A stretch of DNA of 64,000 bases from NCBI GenBank assembly GCA_964413645.1, contig CAYPSA010000001.1:8389-72388 (forward strand), written 5' to 3'. Origin of the DNA: an uncultured Gammaproteobacteria bacterium (GTDB lineage: Bacteria > Patescibacteriota > Microgenomatia > UBA1406 > HO2-37-13b). Below the pieces are notes generated by a model that was not told where the DNA came from, did no database searches, and worked only from the letters and a program-made list of their open reading frames with translations. The translations under genes were made by a program, and so were the position numbers. The number at the start of each line of letters is the position of its first letter. Within the stretch, counting starts at the first letter, position 1. Below are positions 17,448 to 27,152 of this stretch, piece after piece.

Positions 17448-18929
17448 CTAGGCTTTCTCAGTCACCTTGTATTCCAAATTCTTTCCCAAAATTAGACGCG
17501 TGTGGGCTTCCAAGGCAGGTAGCGAAGAAAATACAAACGAAACAATTGGCATTAAATACCATTGGATAAATAGGAGCGGTACGTTGCGCATGCTCGTTTT
17601 AATGTTTACTTTTTCCCTGAGTTTGTGATCGAAGTAGAGGGTGATAACCATCGTGAGGGTTCCGAGGGTAAGGATTGCTGACGACATTTGGGGTAACAAA
17701 TATCCAAGTACCGTGCGGCCAAACGATGGATTTACTAGTCCTGGCACCCATGCGGAAAGGGTGAGAATAAAAAATGATGTTGGCCAAAGAAGGTGAGGTA
17801 TGGAAAGGAGCAATAGACGGCGAATTTTTGGCATCCATGGAATGTGTGGGGTTTGAAGTGACTGCTTGATTGCATAGGGAATGTCGGTTGCTCCCCACGC
17901 CCAGCGACGTTCTTGTTCGTAGCGATTCACAAACGTACTCATGATACTGCCGGTGTACACCGGATCGCCAATAACAGGTAAATAAATTGGTACAGTGCGT
18001 ACTTTTTCTCCGTGTTTGAAAAATGCTTGCAGCCAAATGTGCCAATCTTCGGGAATAATGTCGACATCCCAAAAATCTACGCTATGTAAAAGCCATAGGT
18101 TGGTGGAGTATGTAGAAACTTGAATTAAATCGTCGCGTTGGGGAAGCATAGAAATGCGGATAATGGAATGCAGAATTGCTTGCATACGAATTGGGAGGCT
18201 GAGTTTCCAGAAATTGTTGTAAAGTAAAATGGGCGCCCAGTAAAAATGGAAATCGCGGTCTTTGTCTTTTAGGAATTCCAAGCTTAAATACGCTAAATAG
18301 GTTGGGGGAAAGAGGCTGTCGGCGTCGGCGATGGTAATGATTGCTTGTTTTGGGTGGATACCACGTTTTGTTGCGTGTTCGTAAATTATCTTTCCTGCGT
18401 ATGCTTCATTACTTGCTTTTCCTACAACTTCCCCTTCGATAAGCGGGTGGTAGGTGGTCATAATTTCTCCAAAAATGTGACCGAATTTTTTATTGAGCTG
18501 ATCGCTTCGTTCGCAAGCTGCCTGGCCTTCTCGATCTTCCATGGCTAGGACGATAATTACTTTTTTTAAATCATATTCCTGCGCGGCAAGTTTTTCTAGG
18601 GAAAGCGTGACTTTTTCAACCGTTTCTTTGTAATTGGCGATAATTATGTAGTGCGCCAATTCTTGCCAACCGGGGGTTTTGAGTAATTTTTTGTGCCAAT
18701 CAATGGTTTCAGCTTTTTCCATAAGCTGATAGGCGAGTGCTGCGTAATAAACTCCCTTGATGGTTTTATAGAGAAAATACAGAAAGTACGCCAAAATGAA
18801 GTAGGAAACTAATGCGGGCCGAAAAGGAGAAAGGTATACAGGCATAAGAATAATGAGCCACGCCAAAATTGGAATCAGCATTTCTGCAAAACGGTAAAAT
18901 AATCGTGTCTCAACAATCTTATTGATCAT
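17448..18929 (-). CDS. Membrane glycosyltransferase, family 2-like
   Basis: N- and C-terminal TM helices around a GT-A-like core with a DAD motif (ITIADADSLF). Confidence 0.65.
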   Translation of the reverse strand: MINKIVETRLFYRFAEMLIPILAWLIILMPVYLSPFRPALVSYFILAYFLYFLYKTIKGVYYAALAYQLMEKAETIDWHKKLLKTPGWQELAHYIIIANYKETVEKVTLSLEKLAAQEYDLKKVIIVLAMEDREGQAACERSDQLNKKFGHIFGEIMTTYHPLIEGEVVGKASNEAYAGKIIYEHATKRGIHPKQAIITIADADSLFPPTYLAYLSLEFLKDKDRDFHFYWAPILLYNNFWKLSLPIRMQAILHSIIRISMLPQRDDLIQVSTYSTNLWLLHSVDFWDVDIIPEDWHIWLQAFFKHGEKVRTVPIYLPVIGDPVYTGSIMSTFVNRYEQERRWAWGATDIPYAIKQSLQTPHIPWMPKIRRLLLLSIPHLLWPTSFFILTLSAWVPGLVNPSFGRTVLGYLLPQMSSAILTLGTLTMVITLYFDHKLREKVNIKTSMRNVPLLFIQWYLMPIVSFVFSSLPALEAHTRLILGKNLEYKVTEKA

Positions 18930-18938
18930 GTTTGGTTA

Positions 18939-18944
18939 ATTATA
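18939..18944 (-). promoter_or_regulatory. -10 box TATAAT, 9 nt before ATG at 18929
   Basis: Read on the minus strand. Confidence 0.4.
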
Positions 18945-18958
18945 CCGCGTCAGGCACA

Positions 18959-19255
18959 CTAAAGGGCGAGCAAACTGATTCCCAAAAGTAAAATGGTGAT
19001 TCCATTTAGAGGTGTAAATACGTGCAAAACGTGAACGGTTAGAAGTAAAAAAACTATTATTCCGGTGATTATTCCAATTTTGCGTTTTTTGTGGGCAAAT
19101 TTTTCGGTTCGTTGAATGATGAGACTAGCTATAAATCCGCATACTGTTGAGATTGCTAACATAACAGCTCCAATTATGGTCCAATGAAATGGGGGAATAA
19201 AAAAAATTGCACATACAATTATCAGTACGAGTACTAGAATGAATATCTTTTGCAT
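18959..19255 (-). CDS. Small membrane protein (98 aa)
   Basis: Three to four hydrophobic helices; TATAAT 6 nt upstream. Confidence 0.6.
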   Translation of the reverse strand: MQKIFILVLVLIIVCAIFFIPPFHWTIIGAVMLAISTVCGFIASLIIQRTEKFAHKKRKIGIITGIIVFLLLTVHVLHVFTPLNGITILLLGISLLAL

Positions 19256-19261
19256 GTGTTT

Positions 19262-19267
19262 ATTATA
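19262..19267 (-). promoter_or_regulatory. -10 box TATAAT, 6 nt before ATG at 19255
   Basis: Read on the minus strand. Confidence 0.5.
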
Positions 19268-19302
19268 GTAACATTCTGGTTGTTGTTACAATAAGGTTTG
19301 AT

Positions 19303-19308
19303 TATAAT
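19303..19308 (+). promoter_or_regulatory. -10 box TATAAT, 6 nt before the metK ATG at 19315
   Basis: Read directly. Confidence 0.5.
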
Positions 19309-19314
19309 CTTCCA

Positions 19315-20418
19315 ATGTCAAAATCGGTTTTTTCATCGGAATCGGTGTGTGCTGGGCATCCTGACAAAGTATGCGACGCGATTTCTGATTCTATTTTAGA
19401 TGCCGTTTTAGCCAAAGATCCATTCGGACGAGTTGCGGTTGAAACACTTGTAACCACCAATCGAGTCGTCATTGCCGGAGAAATTACAACTGATGCAAAA
19501 GTGAATTTCGAAAAAGTTGCGCGCGAGCAAATCAAGCGCCTTGGGTATACAAAAGCATCGTATGATTTTAGCCATAAATCGGAAATTGAAATTTTACTTC
19601 ATCAACAATCCCCTGAAATTGCACAAGGTGTCGATACCGATGGAGCAGGTGACCAGGGAATGATGTTTGGATACGCGTGTTCAGAAACTGCCGAACTTAT
19701 GCCGCTTCCAATTACACTTGCGCATCGACTTGCACAACGAATTGACCACGCCCGCGAAAAAGAATTAATTCCCTATTTGCGCCCCGATGGAAAAAGCCAA
19801 GTTTCGGTAATTTACGAAAATGGAAAGCCAATCGGAATTTCAGCAGTCGTTATTGCTGTACCTCATGCTGAAAAAATTTCCCTCGATGAAGTAAAACACG
19901 ATATTTATAAAAAAGTCGTCGCCCCAATTCTTTCAAAATATGGCTATTCGTTTCCTGAAAGTGACATTATTGTAAATGGAACTGGCGCTTGGTACAAAGG
20001 TGGGCCAGCAAGCGACACAGGTCTTACCGGTAGAAAAATTGTAGTCGACACGTACGGAGGCTATGCGCCCGTTGGAGGTGGCGCATTTTCTGGAAAAGAT
20101 CCTACTAAAGTTGATCGTTCTGGAGCATATGGCGCTCGATATATAGCAAAAAATATTGTCGCAGCAGGTTTGGCTCAAAAAGCTGAAGTGCGTTTGGCCT
20201 ATTGTATTGGAATTAAAGAACCGCTTATGCAGGAAGTAGAAACGTTTGGGACCGAAAAAAAATCTAAAAAAGTAATTAACGACTTTGCCGCCTCGCTTCT
20301 TGACACATCTGTACGGGGAATTATTGAAAAGCTCAAGCTACGCAGACCCTTGTATTTACAAACATCAGCATACGGGCACTTCGGCCGCGACCAATTCCCG
20401 TGGGAGAAGGTAGCTTAA
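19315..20418 (+). CDS. metK: S-adenosylmethionine synthetase
   Basis: SESVCAGHPDKVCDAISD, GAGDQGMMFGYA, GGGAFSGKDPTKVDRS motifs. Confidence 0.96.
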   Translation: MSKSVFSSESVCAGHPDKVCDAISDSILDAVLAKDPFGRVAVETLVTTNRVVIAGEITTDAKVNFEKVAREQIKRLGYTKASYDFSHKSEIEILLHQQSPEIAQGVDTDGAGDQGMMFGYACSETAELMPLPITLAHRLAQRIDHAREKELIPYLRPDGKSQVSVIYENGKPIGISAVVIAVPHAEKISLDEVKHDIYKKVVAPILSKYGYSFPESDIIVNGTGAWYKGGPASDTGLTGRKIVVDTYGGYAPVGGGAFSGKDPTKVDRSGAYGARYIAKNIVAAGLAQKAEVRLAYCIGIKEPLMQEVETFGTEKKSKKVINDFAASLLDTSVRGIIEKLKLRRPLYLQTSAYGHFGRDQFPWEKVA

Positions 20419-20419
20419 T

Positions 20420-21067
20420 TTATTGCTGATCACCAGGAGCAGATTGGAAGGATAAATCTTGTGTCACAGTAGTATTAGGAAATACTTGACCCGATGTAGC
20501 AATTTCTCGTTCATCAGGCATTCTTAATGCTTGTAGTTTCTCAAAGTTTGCGAAGTCCGCATCAGAAAATTCAGTTTCAAGTATGGCCTTGATCATTAGT
20601 TGTTCTTCGAGTGTAGCTAAGTCTGTTTCAGGAATGAGCGGGTAGGTAGTGATTTGAGCAACTTCCTGTGCATTTCGAGGATCTACCATTCGTGAATATG
20701 TGGCGAGTACTCCGTCAACAGTAGTTGTAGCGGGGCATGAAGGATGGCCTGGTTTAAGATTTGGAGCATGTCGAAGAGCTAGTATTCCATTGACGGCTTT
20801 TAAAATTGATGAGCCATCGAACTCGCCATTGAAAGAAATACCTTGAGTACGACGCGCAATAATTCTTTCCGTAGCAATCGGAGAACTTGATAATACCGCT
20901 CTCCCAACATAATTGGCTTTACTCACTGCACCTGATTTCCTAAGTAATCTGTAGCGTTTGGTACAAGCAGCATTTTCATGAGCTTTGCGAAGATTTCTGG
21001 CTCGAATTTCTGCCTCGTCCCGAGATATGCCTAGTTGTCTCACTAACAATTCTGCCTCTGTACTCAT
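20420..21067 (-). CDS. Hypothetical protein (start trimmed to MSTEAELLV)
   Basis: ORF only; no recognisable domain. Confidence 0.55.
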   Translation of the reverse strand: MSTEAELLVRQLGISRDEAEIRARNLRKAHENAACTKRYRLLRKSGAVSKANYVGRAVLSSSPIATERIIARRTQGISFNGEFDGSSILKAVNGILALRHAPNLKPGHPSCPATTTVDGVLATYSRMVDPRNAQEVAQITTYPLIPETDLATLEEQLMIKAILETEFSDADFANFEKLQALRMPDEREIATSGQVFPNTTVTQDLSFQSAPGDQQ

Positions 21068-21164
21068 TGTAAATATTTCCTTTATAAATGGTAGATTAAT
21101 AGTAAACCAAAAGATCATTCTAGCATACTCTAGGCCTAAAGTAAAGCGAATTTAATCAGGAGTC

Positions 21165-22223
21165 TCACATTTCCAACTTCTTTATTTTCTCAATTATCAG
21201 AATAAAAAATGCCAATGATACTACAACAATACTTCCTGCTAATAATTTCTCCTGTCTGTGTAGTAATAACGATGATGCTCCAAACAATAGCGACACACCC
21301 CAATAAAACACCGCAATTCGACGTTTTCCCCAGCCAATTTGAAGCAACCGGTGGTGAAAATGTCCGCCGTCACCTCGAAATGGCGATTTTCCAGCACTAA
21401 TCCGACGTATAAACACATACATCGCATCTACAAGCGGTATCGAGAGTACTAACGCAAGTGTTCCTAGCTTTCCAAATGCTAAAATCGAAAGCACGCCCAA
21501 AAAATATCCGGCAAGCGAACCTCCACTATACCCAGGCATAATTTTCTGAGGAAAAAAGTTCCACGGTAAAAATCCAGCATACGCACCCGCTACAATGAAT
21601 GAAAGCAGTGCAACGTCGGCCGCGGCAATACTGTATGCGGAAAATTGGTACGCTAAGACTCCCAAAAAAAATGCTGAAACAGCTACAAATCCGGGTAATT
21701 GTCCATCAACACCTTTGCTCCAATTTACAAAATTCATTAACGCCACAATCCAAATTAATGAGAATAAATTAGCGATCGGCAAAAAACTGTGTCTGCCGTA
21801 AAAATCAAACGTCCAAACCACGCTATCTAATCGAATCACTTCTCCAAACGGATTACTTACATACGGCGTTCCCAGTCCAAACATAATAACCGTTCCCACG
21901 GCTACCATATTCAAAAAAAACCGCAAATAAGGCGATAAATCCACCGCGTCATCAATAATACCCACAATTACTGTAATCAAAGCCCCCAGTAGAATTCCAA
22001 TAACTAATTTATTTACCGATATAAACAAGCCCACACATATCAAAATTGAAATAAAAATAGGCAGTCCGCCTGCTCGGGGAATTATTCCTACGTGTGTATT
22101 TGCCGGATGCGACCGAAGTTTAGGGTTATCTACCAGCCCCCATCGTTTTGCCAAACGAATTACCACAGGAGTGCTTACATACGAAATCACAAACGCCATG
22201 GTACTGGCAAGAGCAGGAATCAT
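21165..22223 (-). CDS. Polyprenyl-phosphate sugar-1-phosphate transferase (glycosyltransferase family 4, MraY/WecA-like)
   Basis: Multi-TM protein with IIDDAVDL and NFVNW.KGVDGQ motifs. Confidence 0.85.
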   Translation of the reverse strand: MIPALASTMAFVISYVSTPVVIRLAKRWGLVDNPKLRSHPANTHVGIIPRAGGLPIFISILICVGLFISVNKLVIGILLGALITVIVGIIDDAVDLSPYLRFFLNMVAVGTVIMFGLGTPYVSNPFGEVIRLDSVVWTFDFYGRHSFLPIANLFSLIWIVALMNFVNWSKGVDGQLPGFVAVSAFFLGVLAYQFSAYSIAAADVALLSFIVAGAYAGFLPWNFFPQKIMPGYSGGSLAGYFLGVLSILAFGKLGTLALVLSIPLVDAMYVFIRRISAGKSPFRGDGGHFHHRLLQIGWGKRRIAVFYWGVSLLFGASSLLLHRQEKLLAGSIVVVSLAFFILIIEKIKKLEM

Positions 22224-22546
22224 GTTAGTAGAAAAAGAATTTTTAAAAACACAAATGTGCTAATTATCACCGCTCCTACGCTTGCGTAATACAGCAACTT
22301 ACGCACAAATAAATCATGGTTAAAAATTCGTCGATATACAAATATATTTACTCCAATAATAAATAATGAAAGTATTGGTAATAAAAATATGAAGTAGCTG
22401 GGAACGATGGTATCTTCACCTTCAATAAGTGAGTAAAAAAGTGGTAATTCAGGTGGCATTGTGCCTAATTTGAACACATACTCGCCAATCATGACTATCA
22501 AAGCCGAAATATATATCTGAACCAGCAAAAGCTCTTGTTTTCTCAT
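22220..22546 (-). CDS. Small membrane protein
   Basis: Hydrophobic; 4-nt overlaps with both neighbouring genes (operon). Confidence 0.55.
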   Translation of the reverse strand: MRKQELLLVQIYISALIVMIGEYVFKLGTMPPELPLFYSLIEGEDTIVPSYFIFLLPILSLFIIGVNIFVYRRIFNHDLFVRKLLYYASVGAVIISTFVFLKILFLLT

Positions 22547-23871
22547 TGGCTAGAAATTATATCGTATTCATAATCATTCTTCAGGATAAATGCCTTTTTT
22601 GGGTACGATGGAAGTACGTCGGTGTAGGCACTTTCAGGCACAATAGCCAGTCCAATGTAGTAAGGAAGTTCTTCAGGGGGCTGATAAATAAACACTTCTT
22701 TGCCTTTTGCATAATAGGCAGCCGTAAAATACAGTGCCGGATCGGTTACATATAATACATCGTTTGAATCTGATATCGAGTTAATTTCATGCATGGTTTT
22801 TCGAATATTTCCCTTGTGCTTATACAAGGCTGAATTATACGAATAATGGACTGTCGCAATAAGTAAAACAGTCGCAATCACTGCTTTTGCTCGCGAACTC
22901 ACGTGTTCCATAATATATGCCATAAGTGCCAAAAACCCCGGGACCGCAAAAATCAGGTATCGAGGCACAAAGATTGGCTTTACAAAAGAAATTATCGCAA
23001 TGCTAAAATACGCACCAAATGCCCACAGTAAAAGCAATGAAAGAATGTTGTCTTTTTTCACTTTTCTCATGAAAAAATACGCCAGAATCGCCAAAATAGC
23101 CAAGGAAACGTACAATATGTGTCTGTTGTAAAACTGCCACACCATTTCGTAGCCAGTAAAAAGTACGCCCAGAGTGTTAATTGATTCTCCAAAAGATAAC
23201 GGTTTTGTCCAAAAATCATTCGTTTTAGTCGTTATCGTTGGAAAAATGTAGTATAACCACGGTAAAAATGCCACTACAGGTAGCGTTATGGTTTTAACGA
23301 GCTTTTGGAGTATGTTTCGCTCATATAAAAATACGTACAGCAGCTGCGTTCCTAGCACAAACATAAAAAAATAGTGCGTATACATGCCTAAAAACACGCT
23401 AACCGCATACCATCTCCAGCGTCGTGTCATTAAAAAGTAATATGAGCTGAGCGATAGGAGCCCGAAAAGGGAATACATTCGTCCTTCGATTCCATAATAC
23501 AGCATGAATGGGTTCAGTCCGTACAAAAGCACGTAAATCCATGCTTTTTTCTCGGGAATTTTGAGCACATCAATTAAAAGCATCAAAAATACAAATACCG
23601 ACAATGCAAAAAACACCAGCGACATACTTCGAATAGCCACTTCGCTTGCTCCAAATACGTTTATCCAGCCATGAAGTAGTGCGTAGTAAAACGGCGGATT
23701 AAAATCTCGCGCAGTTGTTTTCAACATTTCCAAAAGCGGCATTTTAGCCATTAAGTACGAAAATGCTTCATCTCGCCAAAAACTTTGAGTCATGAAATAA
23801 AGAGGAGTATTTTGGAATAGCCAGTTAATCATACTGTATAATTGTATCATGTACGCGAGAATGAATCGCAC
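22543..23871 (-). CDS. GT-C type membrane glycosyltransferase (ArnT/PMT family 39/83-like)
   Basis: More than 10 TM helices; N-terminal DEAFSY loop typical of GT-C enzymes. Confidence 0.65.
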   Translation of the reverse strand: MRFILAYMIQLYSMINWLFQNTPLYFMTQSFWRDEAFSYLMAKMPLLEMLKTTARDFNPPFYYALLHGWINVFGASEVAIRSMSLVFFALSVFVFLMLLIDVLKIPEKKAWIYVLLYGLNPFMLYYGIEGRMYSLFGLLSLSSYYFLMTRRWRWYAVSVFLGMYTHYFFMFVLGTQLLYVFLYERNILQKLVKTITLPVVAFLPWLYYIFPTITTKTNDFWTKPLSFGESINTLGVLFTGYEMVWQFYNRHILYVSLAILAILAYFFMRKVKKDNILSLLLLWAFGAYFSIAIISFVKPIFVPRYLIFAVPGFLALMAYIMEHVSSRAKAVIATVLLIATVHYSYNSALYKHKGNIRKTMHEINSISDSNDVLYVTDPALYFTAAYYAKGKEVFIYQPPEELPYYIGLAIVPESAYTDVLPSYPKKAFILKNDYEYDIISSQ

Positions 23872-23921
23872 CTTATATAATTTATACCACCTTCCAGGTT
23901 GCCAAAATGGAGGTTAAAACT

Positions 23922-24518
23922 ATGTACACACTACCAGAATTACCATACGACTATGTAGCGCTTGAACCCGTTATCGACGCCGACACTATGAAGTTGCATC
24001 ACGACAAACATCATGCAGCCTACGTTACCAATGTAAACGACGCACTTTCGGGCCTGGTAGAATTTGAAAGCATGCCGATTGAAGAATTAATGAGTAATCT
24101 CGACAAAGTTCCCGAAAATGTACGCACAAAAGTGCGAAACAACGGCGGAGGCCATTATAACCATTCCTTGTTTTGGAAACTCATGAGCCCAACTAAAACT
24201 GAGCCAACAGGAGCGCTACTGGAAGCTATAAATTCCACATTCGGCTCGCTAGAAGAATTGCAAAAAACCATGAACGACGCGGGACTCGCTCGATTTGGAA
24301 GCGGCTGGGTATGGCTTACCAACAAAAATGGAGTATTAACCGTCGAAAGTACCCCAAACCAAGATAATCCGCTTATGGAAGGAAATACGCCAATTTTAGG
24401 CATCGACGTGTGGGAACACGCATACTATTTAAAATACAAAAACGTCCGAGCAGAGTATCTTACCCAGTGGTGGAATGTAGTTAATTGGGATTACGCAAGC
24501 GAACTATTCGGTGCATAA
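23922..24518 (+). CDS. sodA: Superoxide dismutase (Fe/Mn family)
   Basis: [24 protein letters not shown] motifs; GGAGG SD upstream of ATG 23922. Confidence 0.95.
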   Translation: MYTLPELPYDYVALEPVIDADTMKLHHDKHHAAYVTNVNDALSGLVEFESMPIEELMSNLDKVPENVRTKVRNNGGGHYNHSLFWKLMSPTKTEPTGALLEAINSTFGSLEELQKTMNDAGLARFGSGWVWLTNKNGVLTVESTPNQDNPLMEGNTPILGIDVWEHAYYLKYKNVRAEYLTQWWNVVNWDYASELFGA

Positions 24519-24605
24519 GCCCAAAAAAACGAACATACGATTAATACATCAAAGAGCATCAAACTGCCACATTCCATATATTAATACAATTATATATAAA
24601 ATAAT

Positions 24606-25262
24606 ATGTCAAACTGGATTCTTTACGCCGCACTATTTTTTATCATCGCATACCTCAGTTACCCGCAATACCGCGATCGACTATATTTACCCACAACGCG
24701 TCCTTCGGTGTCATCCACACAGCCTTCCGAGCCCCCTGAGCTCGTAACTTCCGAGCCCCCGGAGCTCGTAATTCCCAAAGAAAAAGTAACCTATCAAAAA
24801 ACTTCCGATGAAGGTCAATGGGGTGTGGCTAAAAAAATTGGAGAACATACCTATACTATTAAAGTTGGGGAAGATTCTCGCATGGCCACTGCTCAAGAAA
24901 TTGTTGATGCGCTCAATGCATATCGACGCACACAAGGAAAAGGAGATCTTACGATCGATTCAAAACTTACTGAATATGCCCAATCCCGAGCCGACTTTTT
25001 TAAAACCCAAAAAACTACCGATGCCCACGCGGGTTTTAGTGCCTATTTAGATAACGAAGATGGCTTTAACAAACTCGGATTTTCCAAGCTCGGAGAAAAC
25101 TCCTATTACGGCGGCCCACTTTTTGGAGTACACCTTATCGAATGGGTTTTTGGAGCAAGTCCTGAACATAATGCGAACCAATTAGACGGATCCTGGAATT
25201 ACGTCGGCGTCGGCGTAAATAATACCGCAGTTAACCTTATCTTCGGCGGGGGAAAGATGTAA
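24606..25262 (+). CDS. CAP/SCP (YkwD-like) domain protein with N-terminal anchor
   Basis: TM helix, then a linker containing duplicated SEPPELV encoded by two REP copies, then a CAP-like core (ALNAYR..GENSYYG..SPEHNANQL). Confidence 0.75.
   Translation: MSNWILYAALFFIIAYLSYPQYRDRLYLPTTRPSVSSTQPSEPPELVTSEPPELVIPKEKVTYQKTSDEGQWGVAKKIGEHTYTIKVGEDSRMATAQEIVDALNAYRRTQGKGDLTIDSKLTEYAQSRADFFKTQKTTDAHAGFSAYLDNEDGFNKLGFSKLGENSYYGGPLFGVHLIEWVFGASPEHNANQLDGSWNYVGVGVNNTAVNLIFGGGKM
24725..24747 (+). repeat. REP copy inside the CAP-gene coding sequence (TTCCGAGCCCCCTGAGCTCGTAA)
   Basis: One mismatch to the core; in frame. Confidence 0.8.
24749..24771 (+). repeat. REP copy inside the CAP-gene coding sequence (TTCCGAGCCCCCGGAGCTCGTAA)
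   Basis: Tandem with the previous copy; in frame. Confidence 0.8.
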
Positions 25263-25263
25263 A

Positions 25264-25286
25264 TTACGAGCCCCCGGAGCTCGGAA
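25264..25286 (+). repeat. REP copy flanking the RAYT 3' end (TTACGAGCCCCCGGAGCTCGGAA)
   Basis: Contains the RAYT stop codon; 1 nt after the CAP gene stop. Confidence 0.85.
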
Positions 25287-25959
25287 AGAGTTTATTTACA
25301 TAAGAAAGTGTTTCCATCCTATCGAGCCCACTTTCTACAAATTGCCGATATAGTTTCGCATCGTTTTTAAAGTAGCTTAAGATTGTAGAGGTTTGAGCAA
25401 GCTCAAAATTATAAGTAGAATTGTTCAAATAAGTTGGATACGAACTCCACGGATATATACATAATTCCTCAGACGTCATGACTATTTTACTAGCAATAGG
25501 ATTGAGATGAACATATCGCGAAGTCACTAACAATTGCTCCTGACTTGTTATTGGTACAGCATGGAAACGATCTTCAAATAATGATCCCTTTCTTTTATGA
25601 ATGATATTATATGCATGGGTAAATGAATTAAGTAGGCCCGCTAAAAAATCCTGAACTCCATTGGTATTATTCTGTTTGAGAATGAAATGAAAATGATTTG
25701 GCATTAAGCAAAACGCAATAATATCGACCCTGAAATTAAAGGGATTATCAAATCTCTTTGCTGCATGATTTTTACTACTAGTATTGAGCCGCTTCCAATC
25801 TGAAAAACTAATGTTAAAGTCAGTTCCCCGATAAAATCGAATTGCTTCTATAAAGAATGTACACATGTGCATATCTAGGAAAGGAGTCTTACGATCAATC
25901 GTTCTGCTAAAAATATGGTAATAGTTGTTAGTAGTAAAAAGTACAGTACGCCGCGGCAT
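25264..25959 (-). mobile_element. REP-associated tyrosine transposase (RAYT; IS200/IS605-type Y1 HUH transposase family)
   Basis: HUH motif in CLMPNHFHFIL and tyrosine motif SRYVHLNPI; flanked by REP copies at 25264-25286 and 26065-26087. Confidence 0.85.
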
Positions 25960-25994
25960 ACGCGGAACTATGCCATATCATGTACAGAATGTCT

Positions 25995-26016
25995 ACGGTC
26001 TATAAGTCCCATAAAT
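25995..26016 (-). repeat. 22-nt segment identical (reverse complement) to 49934-49955
   Basis: ACGGTCTATAAGTCCCATAAAT versus ATTTATGGGACTTATAGACCGT; weaker similarity extends about 20 nt on each side. Confidence 0.7.
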
Positions 26017-26064
26017 AGAGGTCTAGATTGTCACAAAAGCTCAAAGAACGTCTTATGCTACTTG

Positions 26065-26087
26065 TTCCGAGCCCCCGGAGCTCGGAA
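26065..26087 (+). repeat. REP copy flanking the RAYT 5' side (TTCCGAGCCCCCGGAGCTCGGAA)
   Basis: Also 3 nt downstream of the stop of the PEGA/SH3 gene. Confidence 0.85.
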
Positions 26088-26090
26088 TCT

Positions 26091-27002
26091 TCACCGCTCC
26101 ACATACTGCCCACTTACCCATCCCTCCGCACCTTTTACATATTCAATCTTAATCCATCCATTTTCCTCCGAAATTATTACAAATGTATCTCCCGGATTCA
26201 CTTGCCCAACTTCGGCCCCTCCGGTTGAAGGCTTTTCTCGCACCCTTAAAAATCCGGTTGGCGTGTCTTTTATTTTCACCGATTTCATACCGGGTTTTAC
26301 TGTAGGAATCACTTTTCCACTTGGTGCCGGAGTTGGCTCTTCGCTTATTCCCGGTGTTCCCGTGAGTGTTGCCGATTCCGTAGAAATCTTGGGCTCTTCC
26401 ACTTTCTGATAACTTTTATCGATTGCCAGCTTTATTTCCCCCGAAACCACATACCCAGCTTCCACTTTAATTTTTTGCGATCTACGTATAAATCCAGGGC
26501 TATACGCCGAAATTTCATGCTCTCCTGCAGGTACGTTTTCCATTACCAGTGGCGCAATTCCTTTTTCATCATTATCTAAATATATGATTGTCCCAATCGG
26601 ATCTGTCGTAATTTCTATCGCCCCAACGTCTTTCCTATCGAGCTTTTTTTCACTTTTGCGTACCCAAAATACTACACCCGAAGAACTAATATCGCTTTCG
26701 CCTAATTCCCGATCTACATATGTTTTGCTATTTTTAAACGCAGAAATTTTGCCTTGCCACATGGCCGTTTCGGTTGCCACGCCATCAGCTTTCAAAATTA
26801 GCATATGTTCTCCTGCGCTTACCACAAATCCATCAAGGGGAGTTTTTCCAATAATTTTTCCATCAAGGGTTACCGTTGCATTAGGCGATGAGAGTATTTT
26901 CAATTCCGGATCATGCTCTTTTTTAAGAAGAAATACTGAAACAAGCGTGAAGATTACAAATCCCGCAAAGAGGATTACTAAAAACAGCAATTTCTTCTTC
27001 AT
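26091..27002 (-). CDS. Secreted PEGA-domain / bacterial SH3-domain protein
   Basis: N-terminal anchor, two PEGA-like repeats (..VPAGEHEISAYSPGF), C-terminal SH3b-like GFLRVREKPS..GWVSGQYV. Confidence 0.75.
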   Translation of the reverse strand: MKKKLLFLVILFAGFVIFTLVSVFLLKKEHDPELKILSSPNATVTLDGKIIGKTPLDGFVVSAGEHMLILKADGVATETAMWQGKISAFKNSKTYVDRELGESDISSSGVVFWVRKSEKKLDRKDVGAIEITTDPIGTIIYLDNDEKGIAPLVMENVPAGEHEISAYSPGFIRRSQKIKVEAGYVVSGEIKLAIDKSYQKVEEPKISTESATLTGTPGISEEPTPAPSGKVIPTVKPGMKSVKIKDTPTGFLRVREKPSTGGAEVGQVNPGDTFVIISEENGWIKIEYVKGAEGWVSGQYVER

Positions 27003-27010
27003 GGTAGGCT

Positions 27011-27019
27011 ATTTTACCA
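27011..27019 (-). promoter_or_regulatory. Extended -10 TGGTAAAAT, 8 nt before ATG at 27002
   Basis: Read on the minus strand. Confidence 0.45.
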
Positions 27020-27058
27020 CAATTAAACAACCCCGCGACAATATAAACAACCCATTGC

Positions 27059-27106
27059 CATTTCGAACGCCATCTTTTTCATTTCGAACGCAGCGAGAAA
27101 TCTCGG
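27059..27106 (+). repeat. CATTTCGAACGC x2 plus AGCGAGAAATCTCGG (GTCATYCTGAG-type repeat family)
   Basis: Direct repeat at 27059 and 27080; fuzzy similarity to the reverse complement of 10359-10379. Confidence 0.45.
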
Positions 27107-27143
27107 ATCAAGCGAGTGCCTAATTTGATACCAGCCTATAGTT

Positions 27144-27152
27144 ATGATATAC
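27144..27152 (+). promoter_or_regulatory. Extended -10 TGATATACT at the left edge of the island's non-coding region
   Basis: Followed by hairpins at 27175-27191 and 27189-27205 and a T8 run at 27232-27239. Confidence 0.35.

Noticed and set aside
17599-18072. 157-aa minus-strand ORF in another frame of the GT2 gene
   Set aside because: It is nested inside a longer ORF that has clear TM and GT2 features, and it has no independent signals.
25915-26409. 164-aa plus-strand ORF
   Set aside because: It runs through the RAYT upstream region and a REP copy, then antisense to the PEGA/SH3 gene. Its sequence is low-complexity, Pro/Ser-rich and implausible as a protein.
26584-27123. 179-aa plus-strand ORF
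   Set aside because: It is entirely antisense to the well-supported PEGA/SH3 gene and extends into repeat DNA.
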